Below are positions 16,622-29,399 of a stretch of DNA of 49,035 nucleotides, piece after piece. Location: assembly GCA_020025615.1 (NCBI GenBank), contig JAHHRT010000001.1:1-49035 (forward strand). The letters run 5' to 3'. The stretch is from Oscillospiraceae bacterium (GTDB lineage Bacteria; Bacillota; Clostridia; Oscillospirales; Oscillospiraceae). The notes under the pieces were generated by a model. The model was not told the origin of the DNA, ran no database searches, and saw only the letters and a list, made by a program, of their open reading frames with translations. Position 1 is the first letter of the stretch. Each line of letters begins with the position of its first letter. Made by a program: the position numbers and the translations under genes.

Positions 16622-18238
16622 ATGTCTGCCTATCAAGCGTTATATCGGAAATATCGTCCCCAGACCTTTGACGATGTGGTGGGACAGCTGGCAGTGACCC
16701 AGACCCTCAAGACCCAGTTGGTCACAGGGAAGATGAGCCATGCCTATCTGTTCACCGGGTCCCGGGGCACCGGCAAGACCAGCTGCGCAAAGATTCTTGC
16801 GAAAGCGGTCAACTGCCTGCACCCGGATAACGGAAATCCCTGCAACGTCTGTGAGGCCTGTCGGGCCATCGATTCCGGGTCCTGTATGGATGTGCTGGAA
16901 ATCGATGCCGCTTCCAACAATGGTGTTGACAATGTTCGTGACCTTCGGGACGATGCCATTTATTCGCCCTCTCAGGTCAAAATGCGTGTGTACATCATCG
17001 ATGAGGTGCACATGCTTTCCATCTCTGCATTCAATGCACTGCTGAAGATCATTGAGGAGCCCCCGGAGCATCTGCTCTTTATCCTTGCCACCACGGAGCT
17101 TCACAAGGTCCCGGCAACCATTCTGTCTCGATGCCAGCGGTTCTCCTTCCGGCGAATCAGCCAGGAGGACATTTCCGCCCGGCTGCAATATGTCGCCTAC
17201 CAGGAGAATATCGATCTGGATGACGGCGCTGCCCGGGTGATTGCCCGGCTGGCAGACGGCGGTATGCGAGACGGCCTGAGCCTTCTGGATCAGTGTGCTT
17301 CGGCAACCACCGGAGAGCTCACCGCTGAGCGGGTCTATGCTTGCTTAGGCATTGCAGGTGAGCAGCGGTGCGGAGAGCTGATGGGCTATATTGCGGCCCA
17401 GGATGCGAAAAATGCCCTGACCCTGTTCAATCGGCTCTATGCCGAGGGAAAGGACATGGGTGCCATGCTGGACGAGCTTGCCTGCATGACCCGAGACCTG
17501 CTGGTGATGAAAACAGCGCCTGGGGCCGGTATTACCATGCTGTCCGGCGTTGCATCGGACCAGGAAGTCCTGGATTTGGTGGGGAAGCTCAGCAGCGGGG
17601 AACTGGTTCGGATGATGGGCAGAATCGAAAGAACCCTGGCGGGCTTTACCAGAAGTGCCAGCCGCCGGATGGACGCAGAGCTGTGTATTTTGGATCTCTG
17701 CCGTCCGGAGCTGAGCCTGGATGCACAGTCCCTGAATTCCCGGCTGACCCGCCTGGAAGAGCAGGTGAAAAGCGGCGTGATGGTAACGCCTATGGCAGCG
17801 GCCCCAATTCCGGCAGCCCAGCCGGAGGATGACCGTCCGCCCATGCCTACCGATGAAGATGCGCCCCCGGATTCCGAGGAAGCACCGGAAATGCCGGTGA
17901 ATCAGGCCCCGGTGGGCTTCTGGTCAGAGCTTGTGTCTGCGGTTCGTAAGGAACTGCGGCCTCCGGTTTCCGGGTTCTTCGTGTCCTCGGAAAATGCCCC
18001 GGTGCGGGGATGCCTGCGGGAGAATCGGCTGGACCTCCAATGCAGCAATACATTTACAGCCCAGACCATTGACAAGCCCCAGATTCTGGAGGTGGTGGCC
18101 CGGAAGGCCTCTGCCCAGCTGGGACGGCCCATCAATGTGTTTGTTGTGGACCTTTCCGCAAAGCCTGAGGGCAATGCCCGGATGGAACAGCTGCTGAATT
18201 TCGGCAAGGCCCATTCGGATGTGGTTCATATTAAATAG
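16622..18238 (+). CDS. dnaX: DNA polymerase III subunit gamma/tau
   Basis: YQALYRKYRPQTF, GSRGTGKTS, EIDAASNNGVD, IIDEVHML, SRCQRF. Confidence 0.97.
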   Translation: MSAYQALYRKYRPQTFDDVVGQLAVTQTLKTQLVTGKMSHAYLFTGSRGTGKTSCAKILAKAVNCLHPDNGNPCNVCEACRAIDSGSCMDVLEIDAASNNGVDNVRDLRDDAIYSPSQVKMRVYIIDEVHMLSISAFNALLKIIEEPPEHLLFILATTELHKVPATILSRCQRFSFRRISQEDISARLQYVAYQENIDLDDGAARVIARLADGGMRDGLSLLDQCASATTGELTAERVYACLGIAGEQRCGELMGYIAAQDAKNALTLFNRLYAEGKDMGAMLDELACMTRDLLVMKTAPGAGITMLSGVASDQEVLDLVGKLSSGELVRMMGRIERTLAGFTRSASRRMDAELCILDLCRPELSLDAQSLNSRLTRLEEQVKSGVMVTPMAAAPIPAAQPEDDRPPMPTDEDAPPDSEEAPEMPVNQAPVGFWSELVSAVRKELRPPVSGFFVSSENAPVRGCLRENRLDLQCSNTFTAQTIDKPQILEVVARKASAQLGRPINVFVVDLSAKPEGNARMEQLLNFGKAHSDVVHIK

Positions 18239-18272
18239 CAATCAATAACTTTCAGATAAGGAGAATGTAATT

Positions 18273-18617
18273 ATGGCTAAAGGTGGATTTCGTGGTATGC
18301 CCGGCGGCATGAACCAGATGGCAATGATGAAGCAGGCTCAGAAGATGCAGCAGGAAATGATTCGGATGCAGCAGGAGCAGGAGGCCAAGACCTTCACTGC
18401 CCAGTCCGGCGGCGGCATGGTGAGCGCAACTGTGAACGGTAAGCACGAGCTGGTGGAGATGACCATCAACCCCGAGGCTGTGGACCCCGATGATGTGGAA
18501 ATGCTCCAGGACATGGTCATTGCAGCTGTGAATGAGGCAATGCGCACTGCCGATAACGAGGCAGCTAACAATATGTCCAAGCTCACCGGCGGCCTGAACC
18601 TGGGCGGCCTGTTCTAA
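18273..18617 (+). CDS. ybaB: YbaB/EbfC nucleoid-associated protein
   Basis: MMKQAQKMQ, GGGMVS, DVEMLQDMVIAAVNEA; lies between dnaX and recR. Confidence 0.95.
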   Translation: MAKGGFRGMPGGMNQMAMMKQAQKMQQEMIRMQQEQEAKTFTAQSGGGMVSATVNGKHELVEMTINPEAVDPDDVEMLQDMVIAAVNEAMRTADNEAANNMSKLTGGLNLGGLF

Positions 18618-18626
18618 GGGGAAGCT

Positions 18627-19226
18627 ATGCAGATTTTCCCCACGGCCCTGCAAAACCTGGCGGATCAATTTGCCCGGCTCCCCGGTATCGGCGGAAAGAC
18701 CGCCCAGCGGCTGGCGTTCCATGTATTGGAGCTGCCCCTGGAGGATGCGGAACTGTTCGCTGAGGCAATTATCGAGGCCAAGAAAAGCGTTCATACCTGC
18801 CCCAAGTGCCAGAACCTGACGGATCGGGAGCTGTGCCCCATCTGTGATGATCCCAGCCGGGACCAGGGGCTCATTTGCGTGGTGGCAGAACCCAGAGATG
18901 TGGTGGCAATGGAGCGTTCCCGGGAGTTCCGGGGTGTCTATCATGTGCTCCATGGTGTCATCTCTCCCCTCAGTCATGTAACCCAGGATGATATTCGCAT
19001 CCGGGAGCTGCTTCAGCGTGTGGGTGAGGGAAATGTCCGGGAAGTCATTATGGCGACCAACCCGGATACCGAGGGCGAGGCCACGGCGATGTATATCTCC
19101 CGTCTTCTCCGGCCTATGGAGGTCAAGGTGACCAGACTTGCTTACGGTGTGCCTGTTGGCAGCCAGCTGGAATATGCCGACGAAGTGACCCTTTCCCGGG
19201 CGCTGGAAGGCAGACAGGAAATTTAA
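18627..19226 (+). CDS. recR: recombination protein RecR
   Basis: [14 protein letters not shown]4 zinc finger, [18 protein letters not shown]oprim. Confidence 0.97.
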   Translation: MQIFPTALQNLADQFARLPGIGGKTAQRLAFHVLELPLEDAELFAEAIIEAKKSVHTCPKCQNLTDRELCPICDDPSRDQGLICVVAEPRDVVAMERSREFRGVYHVLHGVISPLSHVTQDDIRIRELLQRVGEGNVREVIMATNPDTEGEATAMYISRLLRPMEVKVTRLAYGVPVGSQLEYADEVTLSRALEGRQEI

Positions 19227-19231
19227 CGATG

Positions 19232-19266
19232 AAAAAACCACTGTACAAACGTACAGTGGTTTTTTG
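19232..19266. terminator. bidirectional terminator between recR and the DMT gene
   Basis: AAAAAACCACTGTAC-aaac-GTACAGTGGTTTTTT. Confidence 0.85.
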
Positions 19267-19281
19267 TAGCAATTTCAGAAT

Positions 19282-20202
19282 TTATGCGGAAATTTCTTCA
19301 TCTGCTGCCGCTGACAGCCGGGGAAAGCGCAGGGGAAGCTGGGACAGAATCACTGCGAAGAACATGAGGGCACAGCCAATCAGCTCCCGCCCATTCATCC
19401 GCTCATGGAGCACCAGCCACCCGCCCAGAGCAGCGAAGACCGATTCAAGACTGAGAAGCAGGGAAGCGGCGGTGGGCTCCACATATTTCTGACCGACAAT
19501 TTGTAAGGCGTAGGCAAACCCCATGGAGAATACGCCGGAGAAAATCAGAGGCAGACGGCAGAACCAGATATCCTGGAAGCAGACGTTCTCTGTCAGCAGG
19601 AAGGGGAGAGACAGTGCTGCAATCACCAGACACTGCACACAGCTGAGCCGCAGACCGTCCAATGCGCCTGCGGTGTGGTCGATCAGCAGAATGTGTACGG
19701 CGAATCCCACGGCTCCAATCATGAGAAAGAGATCTCCGATGTTCACACTGGAAAAACCGATTCCGCTGAGAAGCACCAGGCCGACCAATGCCGGGACCAC
19801 GCTGGTCAGGGCCGCAGCCGTAGGCCGCTTGCCGATGGACAGCCCGATCAGGGGAACCAGAATGATATAGAGCGAAGTGAGAAAGCCTGCCTTTCCGGCA
19901 TCGGTATATACCAGGCCGATCTGCTGGAGACTGGATGCAATGAACAGCACACCGCCGCAGAAAAGGCCGTTTTTAATCAGCAGCGGATTCTTCCATTTCG
20001 CGAGAGAACCGAGCAGCCCCTCCTGCTTTATGTCGAAAATGGTGGCGCAGAGGAACAGAAACAGCACTGCCAGAAGACAGCGGATTGTCTGAAAGGTAAA
20101 GGGACCAAGCCGCTCCATGCCCACACTTTGGGCGATAAAAGAGGAACCCCAGATGATAGTGCATAAAATCAGGCTGGCACAGCCCAGGGATTTTTGTTTC
20201 AT
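19282..20202 (-). CDS. DMT/EamA family transporter
   Basis: IWGSSF, QQIGL.YTDAGKAGFLTSLY, ASLLLSLESVFA; about 10 TM helices. Confidence 0.9.
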   Translation of the reverse strand: MKQKSLGCASLILCTIIWGSSFIAQSVGMERLGPFTFQTIRCLLAVLFLFLCATIFDIKQEGLLGSLAKWKNPLLIKNGLFCGGVLFIASSLQQIGLVYTDAGKAGFLTSLYIILVPLIGLSIGKRPTAAALTSVVPALVGLVLLSGIGFSSVNIGDLFLMIGAVGFAVHILLIDHTAGALDGLRLSCVQCLVIAALSLPFLLTENVCFQDIWFCRLPLIFSGVFSMGFAYALQIVGQKYVEPTAASLLLSLESVFAALGGWLVLHERMNGRELIGCALMFFAVILSQLPLRFPRLSAAADEEISA

Positions 20203-20419
20203 AGTCATCACCTTTGCACAATGTATCATAATTCAACAAAGATTGCAATATTGAGATTTGACGCGGTGCAATTGATTTTTTTCCCTTGCTGTGGTATCAT
20301 ATCGAGTAGTAATGAAGTGCCGGAAACTGCCCCTGATATAGGGACAAAATCCGGGAAAAGGTCCCTCAAACAGGGAAGATACACAATCATTTCCAAATTT
20401 TATCAGGAGGTTTTATCCG

Positions 20420-22225
20420 ATGGAAGAAATCAAGAAAATCCCTCTTCGCAGCGAGTTGAATGTAGAAGATACTTGGGCCACTGAGGATATGTATCCCAGC
20501 GATCAGGCTTGGGAAGAGGAGCTTGCATCCGTTGCAGAGGATCAGAAAGAGCTGGCTGCCTTTGCAGGCCGTCTGACCCAGTCCCCCGAGGTTCTGTTCC
20601 AGTATCTCACTAAGATGGAAAAAACCAATGCAAAGTCTGAGCTGCTGGCAAACTATTGTATGCGCAAGGCTGACGAGGACACCCGCAACGGCACCTACCA
20701 GGCAATGGCTGGTAAGTTTACCGGGGCTATGGTGGCTCTGGAAGCGGCTTGCAGCTTTGAGACCCCGGAGATTATGACCCTTTCCGATGAGGAGATGGAG
20801 GACTTCTACAAGCGCTGCCCGGAGCTGGAGCGGTATCGCCGCTACCTCACCGATCTGCGCCGCCGGAAGGCACATACCCTGTCTGCCGGTGAGGAGAAAA
20901 TCCTGGCAGCTGCCGGTGAGATGGCCCAGGCTCCTGACAATATTTACGGTGCATTTACCTATGCAGACCTTACCTTCCCCGATGCTGTGGACAGCCAGGG
21001 CAGAAAGCATCCTCTGAGCTCCGGCACCTTTGTGAGCCTGGAAGAGAGCGGCGACCGTGCTCTGCGGAAGGATGCCTATGAGAAGTTCTATCATACCTAC
21101 CAGGGCTTCCAGAATACCACTGCTGCTACCCTGAACGCGCAGAATAAGCAGCTCAAGTTCTTTGCCGAGGCCCGCCACTACGACTCCGCTTTTGAAGCTT
21201 CTCTGGACCGGACCAACGTGCCCACCTCCGTGTATCGGAACCTCATCGAGGCAGTTCATCAGAATCTGGATAAGATGCACCGCTATGTCCGGCTGCGCAA
21301 GAAGATGCTGGGCGTAGACGAGCTGCACTTCTACGATATTTACACCCCTCTGCTGAAGGATGTGGACAAGAAGATTCCCTTTGAAGAGGCAAAGCAGACG
21401 GTTTATGATGCTCTGGCTCCCATGGGCGAGGATTACCGCAAGATTCTGAAGGAAGGCTTTGACAACCGCTGGATTGACGTATACCAGAACGTGGGCAAGC
21501 GCGGCGGTGCCTATTCCGCTGGCTGTGCAGTTCATCCCTATGTGCTGCTCAACTACTCCGGCTCTCTGGACAGCCAGTTCACGCTGGCCCATGAGATGGG
21601 CCATGCGCTCCACTCTTACCATTCCAACAAGGCCCAGAACCCCATTGATTCTGACTATGTGATCTTTGTTGCCGAGGTGGCCTCCACCTGCAACGAGGCT
21701 CTGCTCATGGAATACCTTCTGAACAAGACCACCGATAAGAAGGAGCGGATCTACCTCATCAACCACTTCCTGGATCAGTTCAAGGGTACCATCTACCGTC
21801 AGACCATGTTTGCTGAGTTCGAGCTGAACATCGGCGCAATGGCAGCCGAGGGTAAGACCCTCACCGCTGACGTGCTGAATGACGAGTATAAGCGTCTCAA
21901 CGAGCTGTACTACGGCCCGGATATGGTCGTGGACGACGAGATTGCCGTGGAGTGGGCCCGGATTCCTCACTTCTACTATGACTACTATGTGTTCCAGTAC
22001 GCCACCGGCTACTCCGCAGCCATCGCTCTGTCCCGTCGGATCCTGAACGAGGGCGAGAACGCCGTGAAGGACTACATCGGCTTCCTGTCCGGCGGCTGCT
22101 CCAAGAGCCCCATTGACCTGCTGAAGGGTGCAGGCGTGGATATGACCAGTCCCAAGCCCGTGAACGACGCTCTGGCACTGTTCGGCAGCCTGCTGGATGA
22201 GATGGAAGAGCTCATCCGTGAGTGA
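20420..22225 (+). CDS. pepF: oligoendopeptidase F (M3B)
   Basis: TLAHEMGHALH (HExxH), AEVASTCNE, WARIPHFY. Confidence 0.95.
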   Translation: MEEIKKIPLRSELNVEDTWATEDMYPSDQAWEEELASVAEDQKELAAFAGRLTQSPEVLFQYLTKMEKTNAKSELLANYCMRKADEDTRNGTYQAMAGKFTGAMVALEAACSFETPEIMTLSDEEMEDFYKRCPELERYRRYLTDLRRRKAHTLSAGEEKILAAAGEMAQAPDNIYGAFTYADLTFPDAVDSQGRKHPLSSGTFVSLEESGDRALRKDAYEKFYHTYQGFQNTTAATLNAQNKQLKFFAEARHYDSAFEASLDRTNVPTSVYRNLIEAVHQNLDKMHRYVRLRKKMLGVDELHFYDIYTPLLKDVDKKIPFEEAKQTVYDALAPMGEDYRKILKEGFDNRWIDVYQNVGKRGGAYSAGCAVHPYVLLNYSGSLDSQFTLAHEMGHALHSYHSNKAQNPIDSDYVIFVAEVASTCNEALLMEYLLNKTTDKKERIYLINHFLDQFKGTIYRQTMFAEFELNIGAMAAEGKTLTADVLNDEYKRLNELYYGPDMVVDDEIAVEWARIPHFYYDYYVFQYATGYSAAIALSRRILNEGENAVKDYIGFLSGGCSKSPIDLLKGAGVDMTSPKPVNDALALFGSLLDEMEELIRE

Positions 22226-22229
22226 TTCT

Positions 22230-22496
22230 ATGGAAGAACTGTTCCTTCCCACCCTCCACTATTTCGCCATGAACAACATCTTCACCGGCTCCTGTGGGAT
22301 GTTCCGCTTCCGGGCCGCCCCGACAGTGGTCATGGCTACCCCCAAAGAGGTGGACTTTGAGAAAAGCGAAATCACGGCGGAGTGCTGGCACGGCCTCTTC
22401 TGCTACGAGAAAAGCGAGATGGAGGATCGGCGTGTTTTCCCCATGTCCGAGGAGGGCCGGGCCGAGATGCATCAGTGGTTGACGGATCATATTTGA
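22230..22496 (+). CDS. hypothetical protein
   Basis: ORF directly after pepF with host-like codon usage; start could be GTG 22218. Confidence 0.7.
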   Translation: MEELFLPTLHYFAMNNIFTGSCGMFRFRAAPTVVMATPKEVDFEKSEITAECWHGLFCYEKSEMEDRRVFPMSEEGRAEMHQWLTDHI

Positions 22497-22564
22497 GAGA
22501 AATCCCGGAAATACGCCAAAAGTCATTGACAAATCCGTTTTCTGTGGTAAGATATACTCGATAT

Positions 22565-22783
22565 GCAAAGACATTGCGGAAACCAAGCGGAAACGTAGAT
22601 CTGAAGCGAGAAGGGGACGGTGTAAGCCCTTTGGTCGATCTTCTGCAAGCCACTTCCAGCGTCGCCCGGGATGACCGGGACGGGTGCTCCCGTTACAGAG
22701 CGACTAAGATGTCCCTTCGGGGATAATTAGGGTGGTACCGCGGGTGATTTTTCCCCGCCCCTATTTTAGGGGCGGGGTTTTAT
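22565..22783 (+). promoter_or_regulatory. T-box riboswitch (Ala) leader of alaS
   Basis: T-box AGGGTGGTACCGCG at 22729-22742, probable specifier GCC at 22649-22651, terminator CCCCGCCCCT/AGGGGCGGGG-TTTT, TTGACA at 22526. Confidence 0.92.
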
Positions 22784-22830
22784 ATTGCCGCAATGTCAAA
22801 AAAGAAATTTATTTTGGAGGTAGAATCCCA

Positions 22831-25470
<2,640 letters not shown>

Positions 25471-25486
25471 TCTGATAAAAATCTAC

Positions 25487-25520
25487 GGAAAGGGGCACTG
25501 CCGGAGGGCGGCGCCCTTTT
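25487..25520 (+). terminator. terminator after alaS
   Basis: AAAGGGGCACTGCC/GGCGGCGCCCTTTT imperfect stem. Confidence 0.55.
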
Positions 25521-25542
25521 CCTGGCAGATAGGGGAGGTTTT

Positions 25543-27753
25543 ATGCGGTATCTCATGCTCTTTACCCTGGGCTTTGCCGGGGCGTGTACTGCCTGCGCCT
25601 ATCTGCTTTGGACCTTTCCCGCCGGAGCGGTGGCAGCCCTGGCACTGGCCTTCGCTCTATGGCTTCCGGGAAGGACCCATCGGCGCTGTAAGGCTGCATC
25701 CCGGATTCTTCTGGGCGTGGGCATGGGATTTTTATGGTTTTCTCTCTTTGGAGAATCCTATCTAAAACCAGTCGGGCAGCTGGAAGAAAAGACCCACAGT
25801 ACTGCGGTGATCCTTACGGACTACAGCCGGGAGGAGAACCACGGATCCTCCGCAGCCGGAATCCTTCGGTGGGAAGGAAAACCCTATGGGGTTCGGATTT
25901 ATCTCAAAGAGAATCTGAACCTAAAGCCTGGGGATTCGGTTCGGGGGGAATTTTCCTTCCGTGTTACGGCGGCAAAGAGCGGAAAATTCGGTCACTACTA
26001 TGCAGGCAAGGGAATCTTCCTCACAGGCTATCAAAAAGGGGAACTGGTGACCCGTTCGGTTACAAAAAGCCCCTGGTGGACGGCACCGGCACGGATGCGC
26101 CTACAGATTCAGAACAGAATCGATGATCTGTTCCCGGCGGATACAGCGGCCTTTGCAAGAGCCTTGGTGCTGGGAGACAGCGGTGTCCTGGATTATGGGA
26201 CGGCATCCGACCTCAGCGTCAGCGGTATTCGCCATATGGTGGCGGTATCCGGCCTGCATGTGTCCATTCTCTGCGCCCTGCTGGCGCTGTTGATTGGCAG
26301 AAGACGGTGGCTCACCTGTATTCTGGGCTTGCCGCTTCTGGCAATGTTCTGCGCCGTCACTGGGTTTACCCCTTCGGTGACCAGAGCTTCCATTATGATG
26401 GGCCTCATGATGATTGCCGGAGCCATTGACCGGGAATACGATCCCCTCACAGAGCTGTCTGCGGCAGTGCTGGTGATGACGGTTCTGAATCCCATGGTGG
26501 TTACCTCGGTGAGCTTTCAGCTGTCGGCTGCCAGCGTACTGGGCATCCTCCTGTTCTACGGGAAGGTCCGGGCCTGGCTCATGGCACGATTCAGAACGTA
26601 CAAGGGAATCCGCGGAAAGGCTGTGAAATGGTTCTGTACTTCGGCGGCAATCTCCCTTAGCACGCTGGTGTTTGTGACACCGATCAGCGCCTATTATTTT
26701 TGCAGTATCAGCCTCATTGCGCCGCTCACCAACCTGCTCACGGTATGGGCGGTGGTGTATATCTTCTGGGGCATCCTGGGGGTACTGCTTTTGGGCCTGT
26801 TCTTCCGGGCGGGAGCGGGAATCCTTGCCTATGGGGTTTCCTGGCTGATTCGCTATGTGTTGGGAATCGCCGGAATTCTGGCCCGGATTCCTTTGGCGGC
26901 GGTGTATACCCAGAGCCTGCCCGTCGTGATATGGCTGGTATCTGTCTATATTCTGGGAATTTTGTTCCTGGGCGGCAGGCGCAAGCGGCCCCAGTGGCTG
27001 CTTGGTTTAGGAACCCTTGGCCTTGCCATTGCATTGGGAATCTCCTGGCTTCTGCCCCTTCGGGACCACGCCCGCATGACCGTGCTGGACGTGGGACAGG
27101 GACAGTGCATTTTGCTGCAAAGCGGAGGCAGAAGCTTCCTGGTAGACTGCGGCGGAGATTGGGACGAGAAGGCGGCAGACCTGGCGGCCAAAACCCTTCT
27201 CAGCCAGGGCATCCACCGCCTGGACGGCCTGATCCTCACCCATTTCGACCGGGACCATGTGGGCGGTGCACCGGGGCTTCTCCATCGGGTGGATGCCCAG
27301 CGAATCTATCTGCCGGCGGGAGAAGCACTCCCGGCGGACCACCGAATCACGGTGGTGGAGCACAGCGCCAACCTGACCTTCGGAGATGCAAGCATCACCA
27401 TTTACGGCGGAGGCCCTGCCGCCGTGTCCAATGAAAACAGCCTGTGTGTCTTGTTTGACACGGGAGATTATGATATACTGATTACCGGGGACCGAAGCGC
27501 ATACGGCGAGCGGCTGCTCATGCGCACCTATCCGCTCCCCAAGGTGTCCTGCCTGGTTGCAGGGCATCACGGTGCAAAAGACTCCACCTGTCAGGAACTG
27601 CTGAACGCAGTGCAGCCGGACACGGTGATTATATCCGCCGGAAGGGATAATCCCTACGGGCATCCCGCAGGGGAGACCCTCTTCCGGCTGCGCCAATTCG
27701 GGTGCCGGGTCCTGAGAACGGACCGGGACGGCACTATTCTCATCAGGAGGTGA
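25543..27753 (+). CDS. comEC: DNA uptake competence protein ComEC/Rec2
   Basis: GIRHMVAVSGLHV, PSVTRA, SFQLS; beta-lactamase domain LDVGQG, THFDRDH, AGHHG, NPYGHP. Confidence 0.93.
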   Translation: MRYLMLFTLGFAGACTACAYLLWTFPAGAVAALALAFALWLPGRTHRRCKAASRILLGVGMGFLWFSLFGESYLKPVGQLEEKTHSTAVILTDYSREENHGSSAAGILRWEGKPYGVRIYLKENLNLKPGDSVRGEFSFRVTAAKSGKFGHYYAGKGIFLTGYQKGELVTRSVTKSPWWTAPARMRLQIQNRIDDLFPADTAAFARALVLGDSGVLDYGTASDLSVSGIRHMVAVSGLHVSILCALLALLIGRRRWLTCILGLPLLAMFCAVTGFTPSVTRASIMMGLMMIAGAIDREYDPLTELSAAVLVMTVLNPMVVTSVSFQLSAASVLGILLFYGKVRAWLMARFRTYKGIRGKAVKWFCTSAAISLSTLVFVTPISAYYFCSISLIAPLTNLLTVWAVVYIFWGILGVLLLGLFFRAGAGILAYGVSWLIRYVLGIAGILARIPLAAVYTQSLPVVIWLVSVYILGILFLGGRRKRPQWLLGLGTLGLAIALGISWLLPLRDHARMTVLDVGQGQCILLQSGGRSFLVDCGGDWDEKAADLAAKTLLSQGIHRLDGLILTHFDRDHVGGAPGLLHRVDAQRIYLPAGEALPADHRITVVEHSANLTFGDASITIYGGGPAAVSNENSLCVLFDTGDYDILITGDRSAYGERLLMRTYPLPKVSCLVAGHHGAKDSTCQELLNAVQPDTVIISAGRDNPYGHPAGETLFRLRQFGCRVLRTDRDGTILIRR

Positions 27754-27757
27754 GCCT

Positions 27758-28807
27758 ATGGCAAAAAAGACGGCTTCCGCGGCAGGAGGCCTTTTAGAAC
27801 TGAAACAGATGTTAAAGGCCAAAGAGCTGGGGCGGCTGTATATTTTCCATGGAGAAGAAGTCTTCCTGATGAACCACTACCTGGCTCAGGTGAAAAAGCT
27901 GCTGGTGAATCCCCTCACAGAGTCCTTTAACTATCACCGCATGACCAGTGAGACTTTTGACTTGCGGGACTTTGGGGACGCGGTGGAGAACCTGCCTATG
28001 ATGGCGGAGCACACCTACATCCAGGTGGATGATATCGACTTTTTTAAGATGGCGGAGGGCGACCGAAATCGGATGATCGACATCCTCACTGACATCCCGG
28101 AATACTGCACCGTGGTCTTTACCTATGAGACCGTGGAGTGGAAGCCGGACAAGCGGATGAAGAAGCTCTGGGATGCAGTCAGCGAGAACGGCACCATTGT
28201 GGAGTTTGCCAAGCAGGATCAGCGGGATCTGATTGCCTGGGTGGGACGGCATTTTGCCGCCCGGGAGAAGCGGATTTCCACAGACCTCTGCGCCTACCTC
28301 ATCGACATTACCGGGGGCACCATGACAGCCCTTTCCGGGGAGATTGAGAAAATCTCCGCCTATTCTGCGGCAGGGGAAATCTGTCGGGCGGATATTGATG
28401 CTGTCACCGAGCCGGTGCTGGATGCGGTGGTGTTTCAGATGACCGACCTGATGAGCGCCGGAAAATATGCGGAAGCACTGGGAAAGCTCCAGCAGCTTCT
28501 CAAAATGCAGCAGGAGCCGCTGGCAATCCTGGGTGCAGTGGGCGGTCATTTCCGCCGCCTGGGTACGGCCCGGACGCTGCTGGACTGCGGTAAGAGCTCC
28601 CAGGAGCTGCAAAAGCTCTGCGGACTGCCGGATTATCCCGCACGGAAGAATATGGAGGCGGCAAGGCGGTTTTCCCCGAAGTTCTTTGAGAAAGCATCTC
28701 AGCTGATTCTGGAGACCGACTATCAGATGAAGACCTCCTTCGACGACCCGGTGCGGCTGCTGGAAATGCTGATTCTCCAGCTGGCACAGGAGGCAAGCCA
28801 TGGTTAA
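27758..28807 (+). CDS. holA: DNA polymerase III subunit delta
   Basis: LYIFHGEEVFL, ENLPMMAE, EIEKI; comEC-holA synteny. Confidence 0.92.
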   Translation: MAKKTASAAGGLLELKQMLKAKELGRLYIFHGEEVFLMNHYLAQVKKLLVNPLTESFNYHRMTSETFDLRDFGDAVENLPMMAEHTYIQVDDIDFFKMAEGDRNRMIDILTDIPEYCTVVFTYETVEWKPDKRMKKLWDAVSENGTIVEFAKQDQRDLIAWVGRHFAAREKRISTDLCAYLIDITGGTMTALSGEIEKISAYSAAGEICRADIDAVTEPVLDAVVFQMTDLMSAGKYAEALGKLQQLLKMQQEPLAILGAVGGHFRRLGTARTLLDCGKSSQELQKLCGLPDYPARKNMEAARRFSPKFFEKASQLILETDYQMKTSFDDPVRLLEMLILQLAQEASHG

Positions 28808-29399
28808 GATTAAAGAGGCCATCGTGGTGGAGGGCCGATATGATAAAAACACCCTGAGCCAGGTGGTGGATGCCACCATTCTGGAGACCTCTGGGTTTGG
28901 AATTTTCAAGGATAAGCAGCAGATGGATCTGCTGCGCCGGGTGGCAAAGGCCAAGGGCCTCATCGTATTCACCGATGCGGATGGGGCGGGCTTTGTGATT
29001 CGCAATCACATCAAAAGTGCCATTGACGGAAAATATCTGAAACACGCCTACACCCCGGATATTCTGGGCAAGGAGCGGCGCAAGGCTGCACCGGGCCGGG
29101 AAGGAAAACTGGGGGTAGAGGGTATGACCCCGGAAATTATTTTAGATGCCCTGAAAAAGGCCGGGGCCACCATAGAAGGGGAGAGCCAGGAGCCAAAGCA
29201 GGAGATCACCAAGCAGGATCTCATGGCGCTGGGGCTCTCCGGGGGGAAGAACAGCAGCGAAAAGCGGCTGGCTCTGCTGAAAGCATTGCGTCTTCCGGAA
29301 CGGATGACCACCAATGCCATGCTGGGTGCCCTCAATATACTGTACACCCGGGAGGAACTGATTCAGCTCCTCCGCAAGTTGGAGCAAGAAAATGGTTGA
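28800..29399 (+). CDS. rnmV: ribonuclease M5-like Toprim/DUF4093 protein
   Basis: IKEAIVVEGRYD, VFTDADGAGFVIR, LGVEG. Confidence 0.82.
   Translation: MVKIKEAIVVEGRYDKNTLSQVVDATILETSGFGIFKDKQQMDLLRRVAKAKGLIVFTDADGAGFVIRNHIKSAIDGKYLKHAYTPDILGKERRKAAPGREGKLGVEGMTPEIILDALKKAGATIEGESQEPKQEITKQDLMALGLSGGKNSSEKRLALLKALRLPERMTTNAMLGALNILYTREELIQLLRKLEQENG

Noticed and set aside
20420..22225. PepF as the leader peptidase of the RiPP
   Set aside because: It is about 17 kb away in a housekeeping context with host codon usage; nothing links it to the cluster.
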